Origin: a virus
Taxonomy: Duplodnaviria > Heunggongvirae > Uroviricota > Caudoviricetes
Strand: one strand, 5' to 3'
DNA: 64,000 bases
IMG/VR virus record: IMGVR_UViG_3300028840_000472
Both the position numbers and the translations under genes were made by a program. Shown in pieces: positions 53,739 through 63,661 of this stretch (position 1 is its first letter; each line of letters starts with the position of its first letter). The notes under the pieces were generated by a model. The model was not told where the DNA came from and did not search any database. It saw only the letters and a program-made list of their open reading frames with translations.

Positions 53739-54151
53739 TCGACGAACTCCCTGAAGCGGAACACGGCGACCAGACGCTTGCGCCAGCGGTTATCCAGAAT
53801 ATGTTCGACACACTTGTCCATCTTCGAATACGCGTGAATTATGTTTCGCCCCGTGTACACACCGACGTGCTGCGGATGTTTTACAAAACGGAACAGTAGC
53901 ACGTCGCCCGGTTTCATTTGCTTGTTGTATATCGGGACCATGTACTTCTTCAGTGCCGCCATAAGTGCGACGCCGTCAGGGTCGCGGCTGTAGTCCGCCG
54001 GCATGATGTTATCCGGCGCAAGGCCGACAGACTTCGCGGCTTCGTAGCACATGTTGATACAGTCAACACCCGCGCCCATTGTGTGACCCTTATGCACAAA
54101 CGGCGTGCCGACCCACTTGCGCGCAGCCTCTATGTAGTCTTCCGGCTTCAT
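53735..54151 (-). CDS. NlpC/P60-family tail-associated peptidase (lambda K-like)
   Basis: 138 aa with Cys (DCINMCYEA) and a downstream His (HPQHVGVYTG) in NlpC/P60 arrangement. Confidence 0.65.
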   Translation of the reverse strand: MKPEDYIEAARKWVGTPFVHKGHTMGAGVDCINMCYEAAKSVGLAPDNIMPADYSRDPDGVALMAALKKYMVPIYNKQMKPGDVLLFRFVKHPQHVGVYTGRNIIHAYSKMDKCVEHILDNRWRKRLVAVFRFREFVE

Positions 54152-55209
54152 CGTTTCTTCTCGCCGCCGACCAGTGCATCGCGACCCGGAATATACGGTT
54201 CGCCCCTGAAGTTCCAGATGTTATTAAAACGCTGCTGACAGTCTTCGATAAGCCGGTTCGCACAGCCCGCAGTGATCACAGCCACATCGCCGGCGCTTAT
54301 GATCGCAGCCATCGGCAGATATAGCTCGATGCGTCCTGCGCTGACGTTCGCCTTTACTTCCATACTGCGCCCGACGTTGTCGCCAGTCTTCCATTCGACG
54401 ATACCGAGTTTCCAGTGCTCGTTCGGTTCGTCACAGTCGGACAACGTAAACACCTGCCGATTTGTAACACTGGACACTACCGCACTGCGCTTCCACGCGT
54501 AGATCGTTTCCCACGTCACGCTTCCGTCTGCAGTCGTACCGCCGATCGTTGACGTGAATGCAGGTTCGCTTGTTCCTGTCGCGCCGCTGGTCGTTGCCTT
54601 GAAGAAGCGCGACTGCAATGTCGGCGAACGGATGTACGCGTTCGTGCCGCCGCCGGTATCGCCTGACACGTACGCGCTAACTGTCAGCGCTGACGTCCAG
54701 AATGGCGCGCTGACGGGAACCTTGCACTGATCATCACCCAGCGCTGCGCGACAGGCCGGCGTGTAAACCTGCACGGTTATCTGTTGCAGTGACTGCAGCA
54801 GTCCGCGAAGTTCAGCCGTGAAATCGTTATCGCGTCGCGTTATGTTTCCGATGGTGCCGGTCCGCATGATGATCTGCCCATCGTCCGGCGCGCGATAATC
54901 ACACTGGAACATTGTCACAGCAGCGCCGTCGAAGTTGCCGGCCTGAATGTCCGCGACGTTGATGCCTGTCCCGGTGACAACGCCTTCGACTTCGAGGTTG
55001 TCCACGTTCCAGCGGTTACTACTGTCGACGCTTGACGGCGTATAGCCTGACTTGGCTTCGTATACAACCGAAGACACCGTGACAGTCGCGACGTGCGACG
55101 TGAAGCCATACGTCGTGCCGTTCGTCAGTTCGACCTTCCAGCATGTCGCAAGATATGTCGCGTCCTGCTGTACTGCTGCGGACGTGGCGGCTGTTAACGT
55201 GCGCGGCAT
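54148..55209 (-). CDS. Minor tail protein, DUF2163 / phage BR0599-like (lambda L position)
   Basis: N-terminal LATCWKVELTNGTTYGFTSH pattern as in the GTA-type tail gene family; 353 aa. Synteny TMP-M-L-K-J. Confidence 0.5.
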   Translation of the reverse strand: MPRTLTAATSAAVQQDATYLATCWKVELTNGTTYGFTSHVATVTVSSVVYEAKSGYTPSSVDSSNRWNVDNLEVEGVVTGTGINVADIQAGNFDGAAVTMFQCDYRAPDDGQIIMRTGTIGNITRRDNDFTAELRGLLQSLQQITVQVYTPACRAALGDDQCKVPVSAPFWTSALTVSAYVSGDTGGGTNAYIRSPTLQSRFFKATTSGATGTSEPAFTSTIGGTTADGSVTWETIYAWKRSAVVSSVTNRQVFTLSDCDEPNEHWKLGIVEWKTGDNVGRSMEVKANVSAGRIELYLPMAAIISAGDVAVITAGCANRLIEDCQQRFNNIWNFRGEPYIPGRDALVGGEKKR

Positions 55210-56108
55210 TAGCTGCGTACCTCTACGACCTGCAGCTGTATGTCGGTGATGTTGTAGTCGGTGTGCACAGGATCAAATACATCGCTGTCAAAACGACACT
55301 TGACGTCGAACTGACAGCCGACGGTTACACTTGCTGCAGTCGATGCGTACTCTGCAGATGTAATGTGCGACCGCCCTGTTCCATCTGCGACGTATGGCGT
55401 GAACAGGGTACTGTCAAGCACCAGCGCCAGACGCCCGCCTGTGACGGATGCTATTTCATAGCGCGCGCCGTTTATCTCTGTCATGCCGGACACGTTCGTG
55501 ATGTACACCGATCGACCGCCGCCGGCAAACAGCGCGGACGCTGCGCCGGTGACGGTTACACCGGTATGCGGTGTGCCGGTCGATATATTCGTGATTGTCA
55601 GGGTCGATTCAGATGCTAACGTGATAACGCCTGTCGCGGTATTAGCAGAAATTGAACTGCCCCGAACTTCGTAGCCGTTGATCGCTGCGCTGACTGTCGC
55701 AGACACCGGCAGCGTGATCGGACGACTGAACACGGTCGACGACAGCGTGTAGTCTTTTTCGAACACCCAGTTCGACGTCGTACTGATCGTCGTGCTGACT
55801 AGCAAGCTTGCCTCGCAGTCGGTAGGCGATTGCGACACACCGTCCGATCCTGTCGCGTAGTCGTGCCAGTCCTTGAAGCGGAACGTGTGCGCCTGCCCCA
55901 GCATGGCAAGGAAGAACGTCCGTACCGATGCCATCTGCGCCTGTGTCTTGACGCCGTAGCTTATGTCGTAACGATGCAGCGGGTATGCCCAGTTAACATT
56001 CCGCTGTTCGTGGCCGGACCGCAGACGAATGATCGTCGTATTGAACTCCGGTCCGCCCTTGGACCCGTAGCTTATATCGTCGGGAAAGTTCGTATTGTAG
56101 AACGTCAT
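55209..56108 (-). CDS. Distal tail protein, DUF2460-like (lambda M position)
   Basis: N-terminus MTFYNTNFPDDISYGSKGGPEFNTTIIRLRSGHEQRN matches the conserved family found after the TMP in GTA-like tail clusters; 299 aa. Confidence 0.5.
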   Translation of the reverse strand: MTFYNTNFPDDISYGSKGGPEFNTTIIRLRSGHEQRNVNWAYPLHRYDISYGVKTQAQMASVRTFFLAMLGQAHTFRFKDWHDYATGSDGVSQSPTDCEASLLVSTTISTTSNWVFEKDYTLSSTVFSRPITLPVSATVSAAINGYEVRGSSISANTATGVITLASESTLTITNISTGTPHTGVTVTGAASALFAGGGRSVYITNVSGMTEINGARYEIASVTGGRLALVLDSTLFTPYVADGTGRSHITSAEYASTAASVTVGCQFDVKCRFDSDVFDPVHTDYNITDIQLQVVEVRS

Positions 56109-59100
56109 TTACTGAAGTCTCCGCTGCGCGACAGAAATTGACGCCGCCACACGCGACGCGGCCTGCTGCTGCGATCGTTCGGACACGTTCCCGTCTGGCG
56201 CTTGAATGACGAAGGTATTATTCACCTGCATCGGCCTGTTCTTCATTTCCTGATCTGGCTTCGTGACCGTGACCTTTTCGTTCGGCGATGCCTTGAACGC
56301 GACGATCTGCGAATCGATGCCGCCGGATCCGCCGACCCGCATCGCGCCACCATTCGCGAAGGCCGGCAGCTGCAGACCCCCGGACGGACCGTCGGCGACC
56401 GTGAAGGATCCACCGTTCGCCGCCCCGGCGAACATGCCGGCGATCGATGCAAACATTTCCCCAAACCCGCCGCCACCGCCGGCAGCGCCGGATGCCGCAC
56501 TGGATGCCGTCAAGCTGGCGATCATTCCACTGAAGGCCGACCCGATCGAACCGATCATCGACATGAATCCACTGCTCGCGCTGTCCCACAGCCCCATAGC
56601 GCCGTTTTTGAGATCGGCGAACACATCCGTGAACCCCGTGCTGATCTGTTCCTGTGTCGCCTGTGAGGACGCCTGCTGCGCCTGTGCGATCTGATCGACC
56701 GCCGTCTGCGCGGTATTGTCCTGCGTGACCGCCCCCAGCACCCCGCCGATCGGCGATGCCATGCCTTCAGCTTCGCCCTTCAGCAGCCCCAGCGGGTCGT
56801 CTACGATAGAAACAGCCATGGGGTTAGCCCTTGTCCCCTTGTCCATCATCGCGCCCCCTAGCGCCCCAGATTCGCTGATAGTGCCGCCTGTCTCGCGACC
56901 CAGCAGCTTGTCGAGCAGGTTCGTCCCCGCCATGCCCGGACCTTCGTCGATCATGCCGCCCGTAGTATCCGCCGCCGCTGTGCCCTTCGTGCCGCCCGTG
57001 AACATGTCCAGAATGCCCGTCGTGCCTTCCTGCGCGGCACCCGGATCGAAGATCGACGCGAACAGCTGTTCGCCCAGCCGTTCCGCCGCCAGATCGTTCA
57101 GCTGCGTCAGGATGTTCTGCGCCATGTTCTTGAACGCGTCGGTCACAGATTCGGTGCCGTTGATCACGCCCTTGAAGACGTTCTTGAACTCGCCTTCGAT
57201 GATCTGCGCGGCTTCGTTGTACTGCATGTTCGTATTGCGCATCGCTTCGCTGAACTCTTCCTGCGACAGCTTGCCGGCGCGATACAGACGCGTAAGGTTT
57301 TCCACTTCCTTGTTGTGCTTGCGCAGCGGATCCAGCGTGTCTTTGATCGCTTCAGCTTCGGCAGTCAGCTGGATGTCGTCAGCGATCGCCGCCTGTCGCA
57401 ACAGGTTCGCGCGCAGCTGTTCGTCGTTCAGATCCTTCAGGGATCCTTCTGTCAGTTCGTACTGCAGCTTCTGTGCCTGCGTTATGGCGTACCCTTGCTG
57501 CTGCGCGAGTGCTGCCATCTTGTTCGCCGCTTCGAACTGCTGCAGCTGCTGCGTCGCACTATTGATCGCCAGCGCTTGATCTAACGCGGCGGCTTTTGCG
57601 ACAAGTGCCTGTGCCTGCTGCGTGCCGGCCAGCTTCTTCAGGGATCCTTCTGTGGTTTCGTAAGCAGCGCGCGCTTCGTTCGTTGCCTTGCCGTTGTTCG
57701 CTGTCGCGGCAGTTGTCAGCGCCAGCTGTTGATCCAGTGCAGACAGCTGCTGTGTGTATGCCTTCTGTGTCTCGTTGCTTTTCTTGATCCGGTCGTCGGC
57801 CTTCTCGCCCTGCGCGACAATCTGCCGACCCAGTTCGTTATACGCACGCGACAGGGATTCGACTGTGATGCCTTCGTCTTCCAGTGACTGACGCACACGC
57901 GGATCCGCACCTTCCAGTGCCGCCTTCGTTGCGGCGATTTCCTTGCGTGCTTTCTGTAGTCTGGCGATCTCTTCTTCTTCCGGGAAAACACCGGAGATTG
58001 CGGCACGACCGCGCTGCAGCAGTGCGTCGGCTTCCTTGCCCAGTTCCCGCAGTGCGTCGACTTCCTTGTTCGCCGGCAGTTCAGAAGGATCGACTGCATT
58101 CAGTCGACGTTCCTGCAATTCCGCGATCAGCAGTTCGCCGTCCTGAATCGCGTCTTGCAGTTCCTGTTCCTTAGCACGTAACCGTGTGATCTTGTCCAGC
58201 GAAGCCTGTCGACGTTCTTCGAAAATGTTGTTCTCTGCGCCGCCCTGACGCTGCAAGTTTTCAGACTGTCGCGTATTGATCTCGACGCCGACTTCAGCGT
58301 TTCGAACGTCGTCCTGCAGGTCCGCAAGTTCCTGACGGAAATTCTTTATCGCGTCTTCCTGATCCAGAATCGTCGCGTCGATTTTCTCTGCGGTGAAGTT
58401 TGCCATCGCGCCGCGTAAACCTTCGACGCTGTTCTTGTATTCGTCCGCGCTTTGCTTCGCGTCACCTGTCGCAGTGATCCACGCGTACACCGCACCGACG
58501 GCGAACAGGATCGCACCAGCAGGACCGCCCAGTGCCATGAATGCAGCGCGCAGCGCGCCCAGTGTTCCGATTGTTGCAGCCATGCCAGCCTGTGCCGCGA
58601 TCATCGACGTATTGATTGCGCCCAGTGAACGCACCAGCATGACAGCCGCTGTCGCAGTCGCCTGAAAGATCGGACCCAGTATGCGCGCGCCGGCGAACGC
58701 CGCGATCAGTATCGTGACGCCCTTGCCGATCTTCAGCACCGTGTCGACGTTCGCGGACAACATGCGGAAGAACTCTGTCATCGATTGCGTAAGTTCACGC
58801 AGCCCTTCGTCGGCAGCAGCCTGCAGCCCGATCTTCAGATCAGACACAGCAGACCCCAGCTGTTTTATGTCGCCGTCAAGATTGTCGATACGCGCTGACT
58901 GCTGTTCCAGTGCGACGTTCGTATCCGTGACTTGCCCGACCAGCTGCTTCAGGGAATCGACGTTATTCAAAATTGCCTTCGCTGCGACAACAGAACGGAC
59001 GCTGAAGATCTCCGTCAGTTGTGTCGTAGACAGTTGCTTCTTGTTCAGGTTGTCCAGTGCCTGCGCCCAGCCTACGATCGCGGGATTCAGTTCCCGGTCG

Positions 59101-59846
59101 CCGGTCTTCTGTAGCGCCAGCAGAATATTACGGAATGCGGAACCCGCTTCGCCGCCTTTGATCGCAACCTTCGACAGCGTTTCGATCGTGCCCACGGTTT
59201 CTTCGAAAGACAAGCCGGCGTCAGCTGCGACAGTACCGGCAAACTTCAGGGATTCGGAAACTTCACCGACCGTTGCCGCGCCGAACTTTGAACCCGCTGC
59301 CAGTACGTTGATAAAGCGCGCCGCTTCGTTAGCCTCGACGCCGAACTGGTTCATCGCCGCGCCCAGTGATGCCGCAGCCGTCGGTAGATCCTGACCCGTT
59401 GCTTCGGCAAGGATCACCGCTTGTTCGGTAACAGCAGCAAGTGCCGCGCCGCTTTCCAGCAAGTCGGGTTTCGCGGACGCGATAAGTTTGAAAGCGCCGG
59501 CAGCTTCGACAGCGGTCAGCGTTGTCGTGCGACCAAGTTCGCGCGACTTCTCTGCAAGGAAATCAAGATCGGCACCTGTCGCGCCGGTAATTGCAGACAG
59601 GTCGCCAAGTGCGGCACCGAACGCGCGGCCTTCGCCGATAATCGATGCGAATGATAAACCAGCGAACGCGGTGACAACCGCGCCCTTGATGCTGAAGATT
59701 GAATTCTTTATCGCGTCGAACGACTTCTTTGTTTGAAGCTGTACATTCTGCGCGGCTTTTGGAAGCTTACCGAGATCGCGACGGATCTGATCGACGCCAG
59801 CTGTAACGCCGCGCCCGTCTACGCCGACATTTAATTTTGCGTCCAT
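56109..59846 (-). CDS. Tail tape measure protein (1245 aa)
   Basis: TP901-type TMP N-terminal region (LGDLSAITGATGADLDFLAEKSRELGRTTTLTAVEAAGAF...GGEAGSAFRNILLAL), long coiled coils and a Gly-rich C-terminus. Confidence 0.85.
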   Translation of the reverse strand: MDAKLNVGVDGRGVTAGVDQIRRDLGKLPKAAQNVQLQTKKSFDAIKNSIFSIKGAVVTAFAGLSFASIIGEGRAFGAALGDLSAITGATGADLDFLAEKSRELGRTTTLTAVEAAGAFKLIASAKPDLLESGAALAAVTEQAVILAEATGQDLPTAAASLGAAMNQFGVEANEAARFINVLAAGSKFGAATVGEVSESLKFAGTVAADAGLSFEETVGTIETLSKVAIKGGEAGSAFRNILLALQKTGDRELNPAIVGWAQALDNLNKKQLSTTQLTEIFSVRSVVAAKAILNNVDSLKQLVGQVTDTNVALEQQSARIDNLDGDIKQLGSAVSDLKIGLQAAADEGLRELTQSMTEFFRMLSANVDTVLKIGKGVTILIAAFAGARILGPIFQATATAAVMLVRSLGAINTSMIAAQAGMAATIGTLGALRAAFMALGGPAGAILFAVGAVYAWITATGDAKQSADEYKNSVEGLRGAMANFTAEKIDATILDQEDAIKNFRQELADLQDDVRNAEVGVEINTRQSENLQRQGGAENNIFEERRQASLDKITRLRAKEQELQDAIQDGELLIAELQERRLNAVDPSELPANKEVDALRELGKEADALLQRGRAAISGVFPEEEEIARLQKARKEIAATKAALEGADPRVRQSLEDEGITVESLSRAYNELGRQIVAQGEKADDRIKKSNETQKAYTQQLSALDQQLALTTAATANNGKATNEARAAYETTEGSLKKLAGTQQAQALVAKAAALDQALAINSATQQLQQFEAANKMAALAQQQGYAITQAQKLQYELTEGSLKDLNDEQLRANLLRQAAIADDIQLTAEAEAIKDTLDPLRKHNKEVENLTRLYRAGKLSQEEFSEAMRNTNMQYNEAAQIIEGEFKNVFKGVINGTESVTDAFKNMAQNILTQLNDLAAERLGEQLFASIFDPGAAQEGTTGILDMFTGGTKGTAAADTTGGMIDEGPGMAGTNLLDKLLGRETGGTISESGALGGAMMDKGTRANPMAVSIVDDPLGLLKGEAEGMASPIGGVLGAVTQDNTAQTAVDQIAQAQQASSQATQEQISTGFTDVFADLKNGAMGLWDSASSGFMSMIGSIGSAFSGMIASLTASSAASGAAGGGGGFGEMFASIAGMFAGAANGGSFTVADGPSGGLQLPAFANGGAMRVGGSGGIDSQIVAFKASPNEKVTVTKPDQEMKNRPMQVNNTFVIQAPDGNVSERSQQQAASRVAASISVAQRRLQ

Positions 59847-60568
59847 CTATTCCGCCTTTGAACCTTTCTTCGACATGACGTTGAGATACGCGACGTCCAT
59901 TGCAGTGATAAGCCGAACAAACATGTCGCGATCGTCTACCCCGTACAGTCGAATGTATGCTTCGATTTCAGTTAGCGGAATCGGGCATATTCCGAACCCT
60001 ACCTGACGGCTGCGCGTTAGTATGTAGAAAGCATTTACATATTCGCACAGTTCGTCAGGTAGTTCCGGCTTCGCAACAAGTGCTGGCGGTTCATGACCAA
60101 GGACAGGGATCAGATCTATCAGGAACTGTTCTCTGTCTCCCCAGTCTGCGAACCACTCGATCCAGCTTGCGACTTTCCCTCAGATTCCGCGACCTCTTCT
60201 TCCCTGAACAGTTCCATTTCCTGTGACAGTTCGACGACCAGTTGACGGAAGTCGCGCAGCTTCGGATTCATCAGGATTTCGACAGCAGCTTCGATCGAAT
60301 ACGGAAGATCTTCGCCGCCGTACTTCATCCCGCGCCAGTCAACAAGGATGCCTTCGGCAAGTGCCGTGCACATGATCTTGTCGGCGACGTCGTCCTTCAT
60401 TGCGCCCGTGTTAATGATCCGCTTATACGGTGCCATTTCACGCTGCAAAGACCGCTGGAAATTCTTGTTTCCGTACCGCGCGATCTTCACTTCCGTTTCG
60501 GTGTCCACCGGACACCAGACGCCGTCGTTCGACTTGTTGGCGTCAGTCTCGAATACGTTCAGGTCCAT
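59847..60568 (-). CDS. Tail assembly chaperone frameshift product (gpGT-like), made by a programmed -1 shift at GGGAAAG (about 60173..60179)
   Basis: The -1 frame is open from the slippery heptamer G-GGA-AAG, about 17 codons before the G stop, to a TAG that abuts the TMP ATG. This is the same heptamer as lambda G/GT. Confidence 0.55.
60119..60568 (-). CDS. Tail assembly chaperone (gpG-like, acidic, 149 aa)
   Basis: Acidic small protein between the major tail gene and the TMP; contains the slippery site near its 3' end. Confidence 0.6.
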   Translation of the reverse strand: MDLNVFETDANKSNDGVWCPVDTETEVKIARYGNKNFQRSLQREMAPYKRIINTGAMKDDVADKIMCTALAEGILVDWRGMKYGGEDLPYSIEAAVEILMNPKLRDFRQLVVELSQEMELFREEEVAESEGKSQAGSSGSQTGETENSS

Positions 60569-60596
60569 GGATGATTCCCCTGTTCAGTTGTTACGA

Positions 60597-61787
60597 TTAC
60601 GCGGGCAGTGCGTCGATCTGGATGGAGTACACGCCGCTGTTATCGATCGATGCGCCCCACGTGCCATCCTGCACGACGTCCTGATTTCCGCCACCGGCGG
60701 CGATCGTGAAGTCGGTATAGGTAACAAGCGGAACATCGACGACGTAGCTATTGCCGTCAAGGTCATCGATCTGGAAACGGAAGTTCGACTTCGTGCCAGC
60801 GGTGAACTTGTCGATCAAGCTATTGTTCTCGAAATACGCGGTCACGTTGCCGGTGATCTCGCAGCGTCCAGTACCCACGCCGGCCAGCGTGTCGGAACCG
60901 ACCTTCGCCTGCTCGCGCGGGTTGTTGTTGATGTCCAGCGAAATCGACTGGAACGCGATACCCGTGACAGCCTGCCCGCCTTCCCAGACGCGACCGACGT
61001 TGCCGGATGCGTTCATGACCTTGTTCGTCGAACCGGCAGTGGTAGCCGACGCGATGGTCGCAGATGCAGTCGCCTGCCCCAGACCCGTGAAGCCGATGCT
61101 GCCGGTCAGGATGTTCTGCGATTCAAAGTTCAGGGACATGGACGTGGCGCGCATTCCGGTGTACTGCGCGAACGAAGATACGTCAGCGAATTCCTTTTCG
61201 ATCGTGAAGGACTTCGGCGTGACGCCGTTGCGGATGTGACGACCGACGATGTCGGTAGCTGCGGCGAACGCTTCGGACGTGAACGTGGCAGCGGATCCGC
61301 TGGACGCGTCGGCCATGTAGATCTTGGCGCTGTCGCCAGTGGTCGACACGGCAGTGACGCGGTAGTCGCCATCGTTGGCCGTTGTCGTCGCGTTACGGAT
61401 GCGCAGGAACTGTCCGACTACGACATGATTCAGGGCAGAAGAATCCGCCTGTACGTGCGCGCTGGACACCCGTGCGGACGCGACAGCAGCCGACACGGCA
61501 GTCGTGACCCATGCCTGTTGCATGACGCCGGCGATCAGCGGTTCGATGTCGTTGTAGCGAAGTTCGAAACCGACGTCGCCACCGGCACCGCCACCGACCT
61601 GCGTGATGTCGGAAACGTTCCGGTCTGCGCGGATGGTTTCGGATGTAACGGTGTTGACGTTCGACTTCAGGGATTCCGACGTGATGTTGATTTCCTGCAT
61701 TGCAGGACCGGTCGGAGTCGTGCCGAATTCAGTTTCTTCGACGTAGCGTAGCGCTACGCGATTGCTATCAGCTAGTGCCATGGTCAC
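60597..61787 (-). CDS. Major tail (tube) protein, probably with a C-terminal Ig-like extension (396 aa)
   Basis: Position immediately upstream of the G/GT-TMP string (lambda V position); strong GGAGG RBS; Thr/Ala/Ser/Gly-rich beta composition. Confidence 0.5.
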   Translation of the reverse strand: MTMALADSNRVALRYVEETEFGTTPTGPAMQEINITSESLKSNVNTVTSETIRADRNVSDITQVGGGAGGDVGFELRYNDIEPLIAGVMQQAWVTTAVSAAVASARVSSAHVQADSSALNHVVVGQFLRIRNATTTANDGDYRVTAVSTTGDSAKIYMADASSGSAATFTSEAFAAATDIVGRHIRNGVTPKSFTIEKEFADVSSFAQYTGMRATSMSLNFESQNILTGSIGFTGLGQATASATIASATTAGSTNKVMNASGNVGRVWEGGQAVTGIAFQSISLDINNNPREQAKVGSDTLAGVGTGRCEITGNVTAYFENNSLIDKFTAGTKSNFRFQIDDLDGNSYVVDVPLVTYTDFTIAAGGGNQDVVQDGTWGASIDNSGVYSIQIDALPA

Positions 61788-61792
61788 AGCCT

Positions 61793-61832
61793 CCCGTATA
61801 GGTTGAAATCAATACGGGAAGGCTGCTGTCTG
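61793..61832 (-). other. 5'-UTR hairpin that pairs the GGGAGG Shine-Dalgarno of the major tail gene
   Basis: On the minus strand CAGCCTTCCCGTAT-tgatttcaacct-ATACGGGAGGCTG; the 3' arm ends 5 nt before the ATG at 61787. Confidence 0.45.
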
Positions 61833-62006
61833 GTGCGGCGTTTGAACGTTGCCAGACGCGAACCCGTTCAGCAGATACTAGCGTCTACCGCCTTCTTCTG
61901 CAACCGTCTTTTTCAGCCATTCTTCCCACGCCTTGATCATGCCCTTCGCCAGACGTATAAGCGTTTCATGAAGTAGAATTGTGGACTGGCGCACACTTTC
62001 ACCACG

Positions 62007-62834
62007 CTACACAGAGTAGGTGCCATCCCAGTAGAACGGAATGACTAGATTCGTCTGCCAGCGGCCTTCGAATTCGCCGATGTCCTCGACCAGTGCTTCG
62101 CGACATGTGATGCCGTTGAACTGCTGATCGCGGAACAGCGCGGCCAGCGTGTCGCCGTAGCCGATGCCCTTGCGTGTGCCTTCCGCCAGATTCGTGTAGA
62201 TCTGAATGATGATCGTGCCGTTCTGCCGGTGCACGCCTGTCGCGCCGATCGTCTTGCGGCTGGAACTTTCGTTATACACGCGCAGCTTCACGAACTCTTC
62301 GCCGTCGCTGGTCTTGAACGGCGCGTTCGGGTTGATGTCGATCCGGGTTGTCGCCCAGTTATCAACCAGCCGCTGTTCGATGTCGCGTACTACCGTTGAA
62401 TAGCTCATAAGTTCCGCCACCTTGAAACTGACTTTTGTCAAACTGTAAACAGTAAACGCGCCTGAAGCAGATATAACCAATTGCCTGTCAGCATCCCCGG
62501 CAAGTGCCGCGCCATCGAATAAGCCTGTGGCTGTCCCGGCTTGCCCGCAATTGGCAATCTCCGTGCCGCTGCCACTTTTCAAAACAATATCTGATGTGCC
62601 GCTTGTTAGGGAGTTTTCAGAAAAAGAAACCTCATACTCGTACAGCGTATCCTGTCTTAAATTAACCGATGGGATAGCATAAAGACTTGAACCGCTAAAG
62701 ATGACAAGCCGCAAAATATGCTCACCAGATACAAACAGAAAAGAAGGAACGCCGCCACCCCCAACGTTACGCCAATACTTTGTAGCATCAAGCGAACTGT
62801 CAGGTATTGGTCGCGGTATAAGTTCAGCGGTCAT
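62007..62834 (-). CDS. Tail terminator / neck protein-like (275 aa)
   Basis: Position (lambda U-like) and C-terminal half; an extra N-terminal domain of about 140 aa. Confidence 0.35.
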   Translation of the reverse strand: MTAELIPRPIPDSSLDATKYWRNVGGGGVPSFLFVSGEHILRLVIFSGSSLYAIPSVNLRQDTLYEYEVSFSENSLTSGTSDIVLKSGSGTEIANCGQAGTATGLFDGAALAGDADRQLVISASGAFTVYSLTKVSFKVAELMSYSTVVRDIEQRLVDNWATTRIDINPNAPFKTSDGEEFVKLRVYNESSSRKTIGATGVHRQNGTIIIQIYTNLAEGTRKGIGYGDTLAALFRDQQFNGITCREALVEDIGEFEGRWQTNLVIPFYWDGTYSV

Positions 62835-63301
62835 AGCTGCTTCAGCGTTGCCTTCAGTTCAGCGAATACTTCGAACACGGTGCGCGCAACCATGAAGCCC
62901 TTGCCACTTTGTTTGCTGTGCCCGTTTTCAAGCGGAACGATGTAGTCGAGATTGTTCGTTATCCAGACGATCGGGAAGTTCTTGAATGTCTCGTTATCAA
63001 GTTTATTAAACTGCTTCGCGTTTTGCTGTACCGCGCCTTCCGGTGATTCAGGTTTCGACGGCACAGACAGATCCTGCGTGCCAAAGGAAATGTTCCACGA
63101 CGCGCGCGCCCAGCCTGTGTCGACTGGTGTGCGCTGAACGACGCCTTTGAAAATATCAAACGCAACCTTTCGCACAACAGTGCCGACGTCGACTTCTATC
63201 GCGTCAGCGAATTCCTGCAGCGTCTTCGTGAACGGCTTCAGGTTCGTTATGCGTAATCCGGCGGTCGTTGCCATTATGGTTTCCGCAGTTGAAATTCCCA
63301 A
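62831..63301 (-). CDS. Tail completion protein, HK97 gp10 family
   Basis: Motif VPLENGHSKQSGKGF near the C-terminus; 156 aa. Confidence 0.5.
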   Translation of the reverse strand: MGISTAETIMATTAGLRITNLKPFTKTLQEFADAIEVDVGTVVRKVAFDIFKGVVQRTPVDTGWARASWNISFGTQDLSVPSKPESPEGAVQQNAKQFNKLDNETFKNFPIVWITNNLDYIVPLENGHSKQSGKGFMVARTVFEVFAELKATLKQL

Positions 63302-63657
63302 AGCGCGCCGGCGGGATCCTGCATAATATCCATGACGTCGTAACGCACGGACGCGCCGCTTTCTACGCGCATGATGTAGTCCTTCGGCGAAGGATCGATG
63401 CCGGATATGTACGCCTGCGGAACCATGCCCTTGACGTCTGTCGGTTCAATGCCTTCGTTGTACATTTCGTTCGTCTTGTAATTCTCGAAGATCATCGACG
63501 TCATTGTCGCCGGCTGGACCGTCGACGCTGTGCCCGACGACACATCATAGATCGACGTACCCTGTGCGAATGAGTAATACCAGACGGTTTCGGGCACGTC
63601 GCCCGCTGCAGTGAATGCAGTTTGTGCCGCCTTCGAAAATGTGTCGCGAAGTCCCAT
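63274..63657 (-). CDS. Head-tail joining protein candidate (127 aa)
   Basis: ORF track and position. Confidence 0.3.
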   Translation of the reverse strand: MGLRDTFSKAAQTAFTAAGDVPETVWYYSFAQGTSIYDVSSGTASTVQPATMTSMIFENYKTNEMYNEGIEPTDVKGMVPQAYISGIDPSPKDYIMRVESGASVRYDVMDIMQDPAGALWEFQLRKP

Positions 63658-63661
63658 GGCA

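Noticed and set aside
60597-61787. Major capsid protein call for the 396-aa protein
   Set aside because: It lies immediately upstream of a gpG/gpGT frameshift pair and the tape measure, which is the position of the major tail protein. No delta-domain or protease/scaffold neighbour is present.
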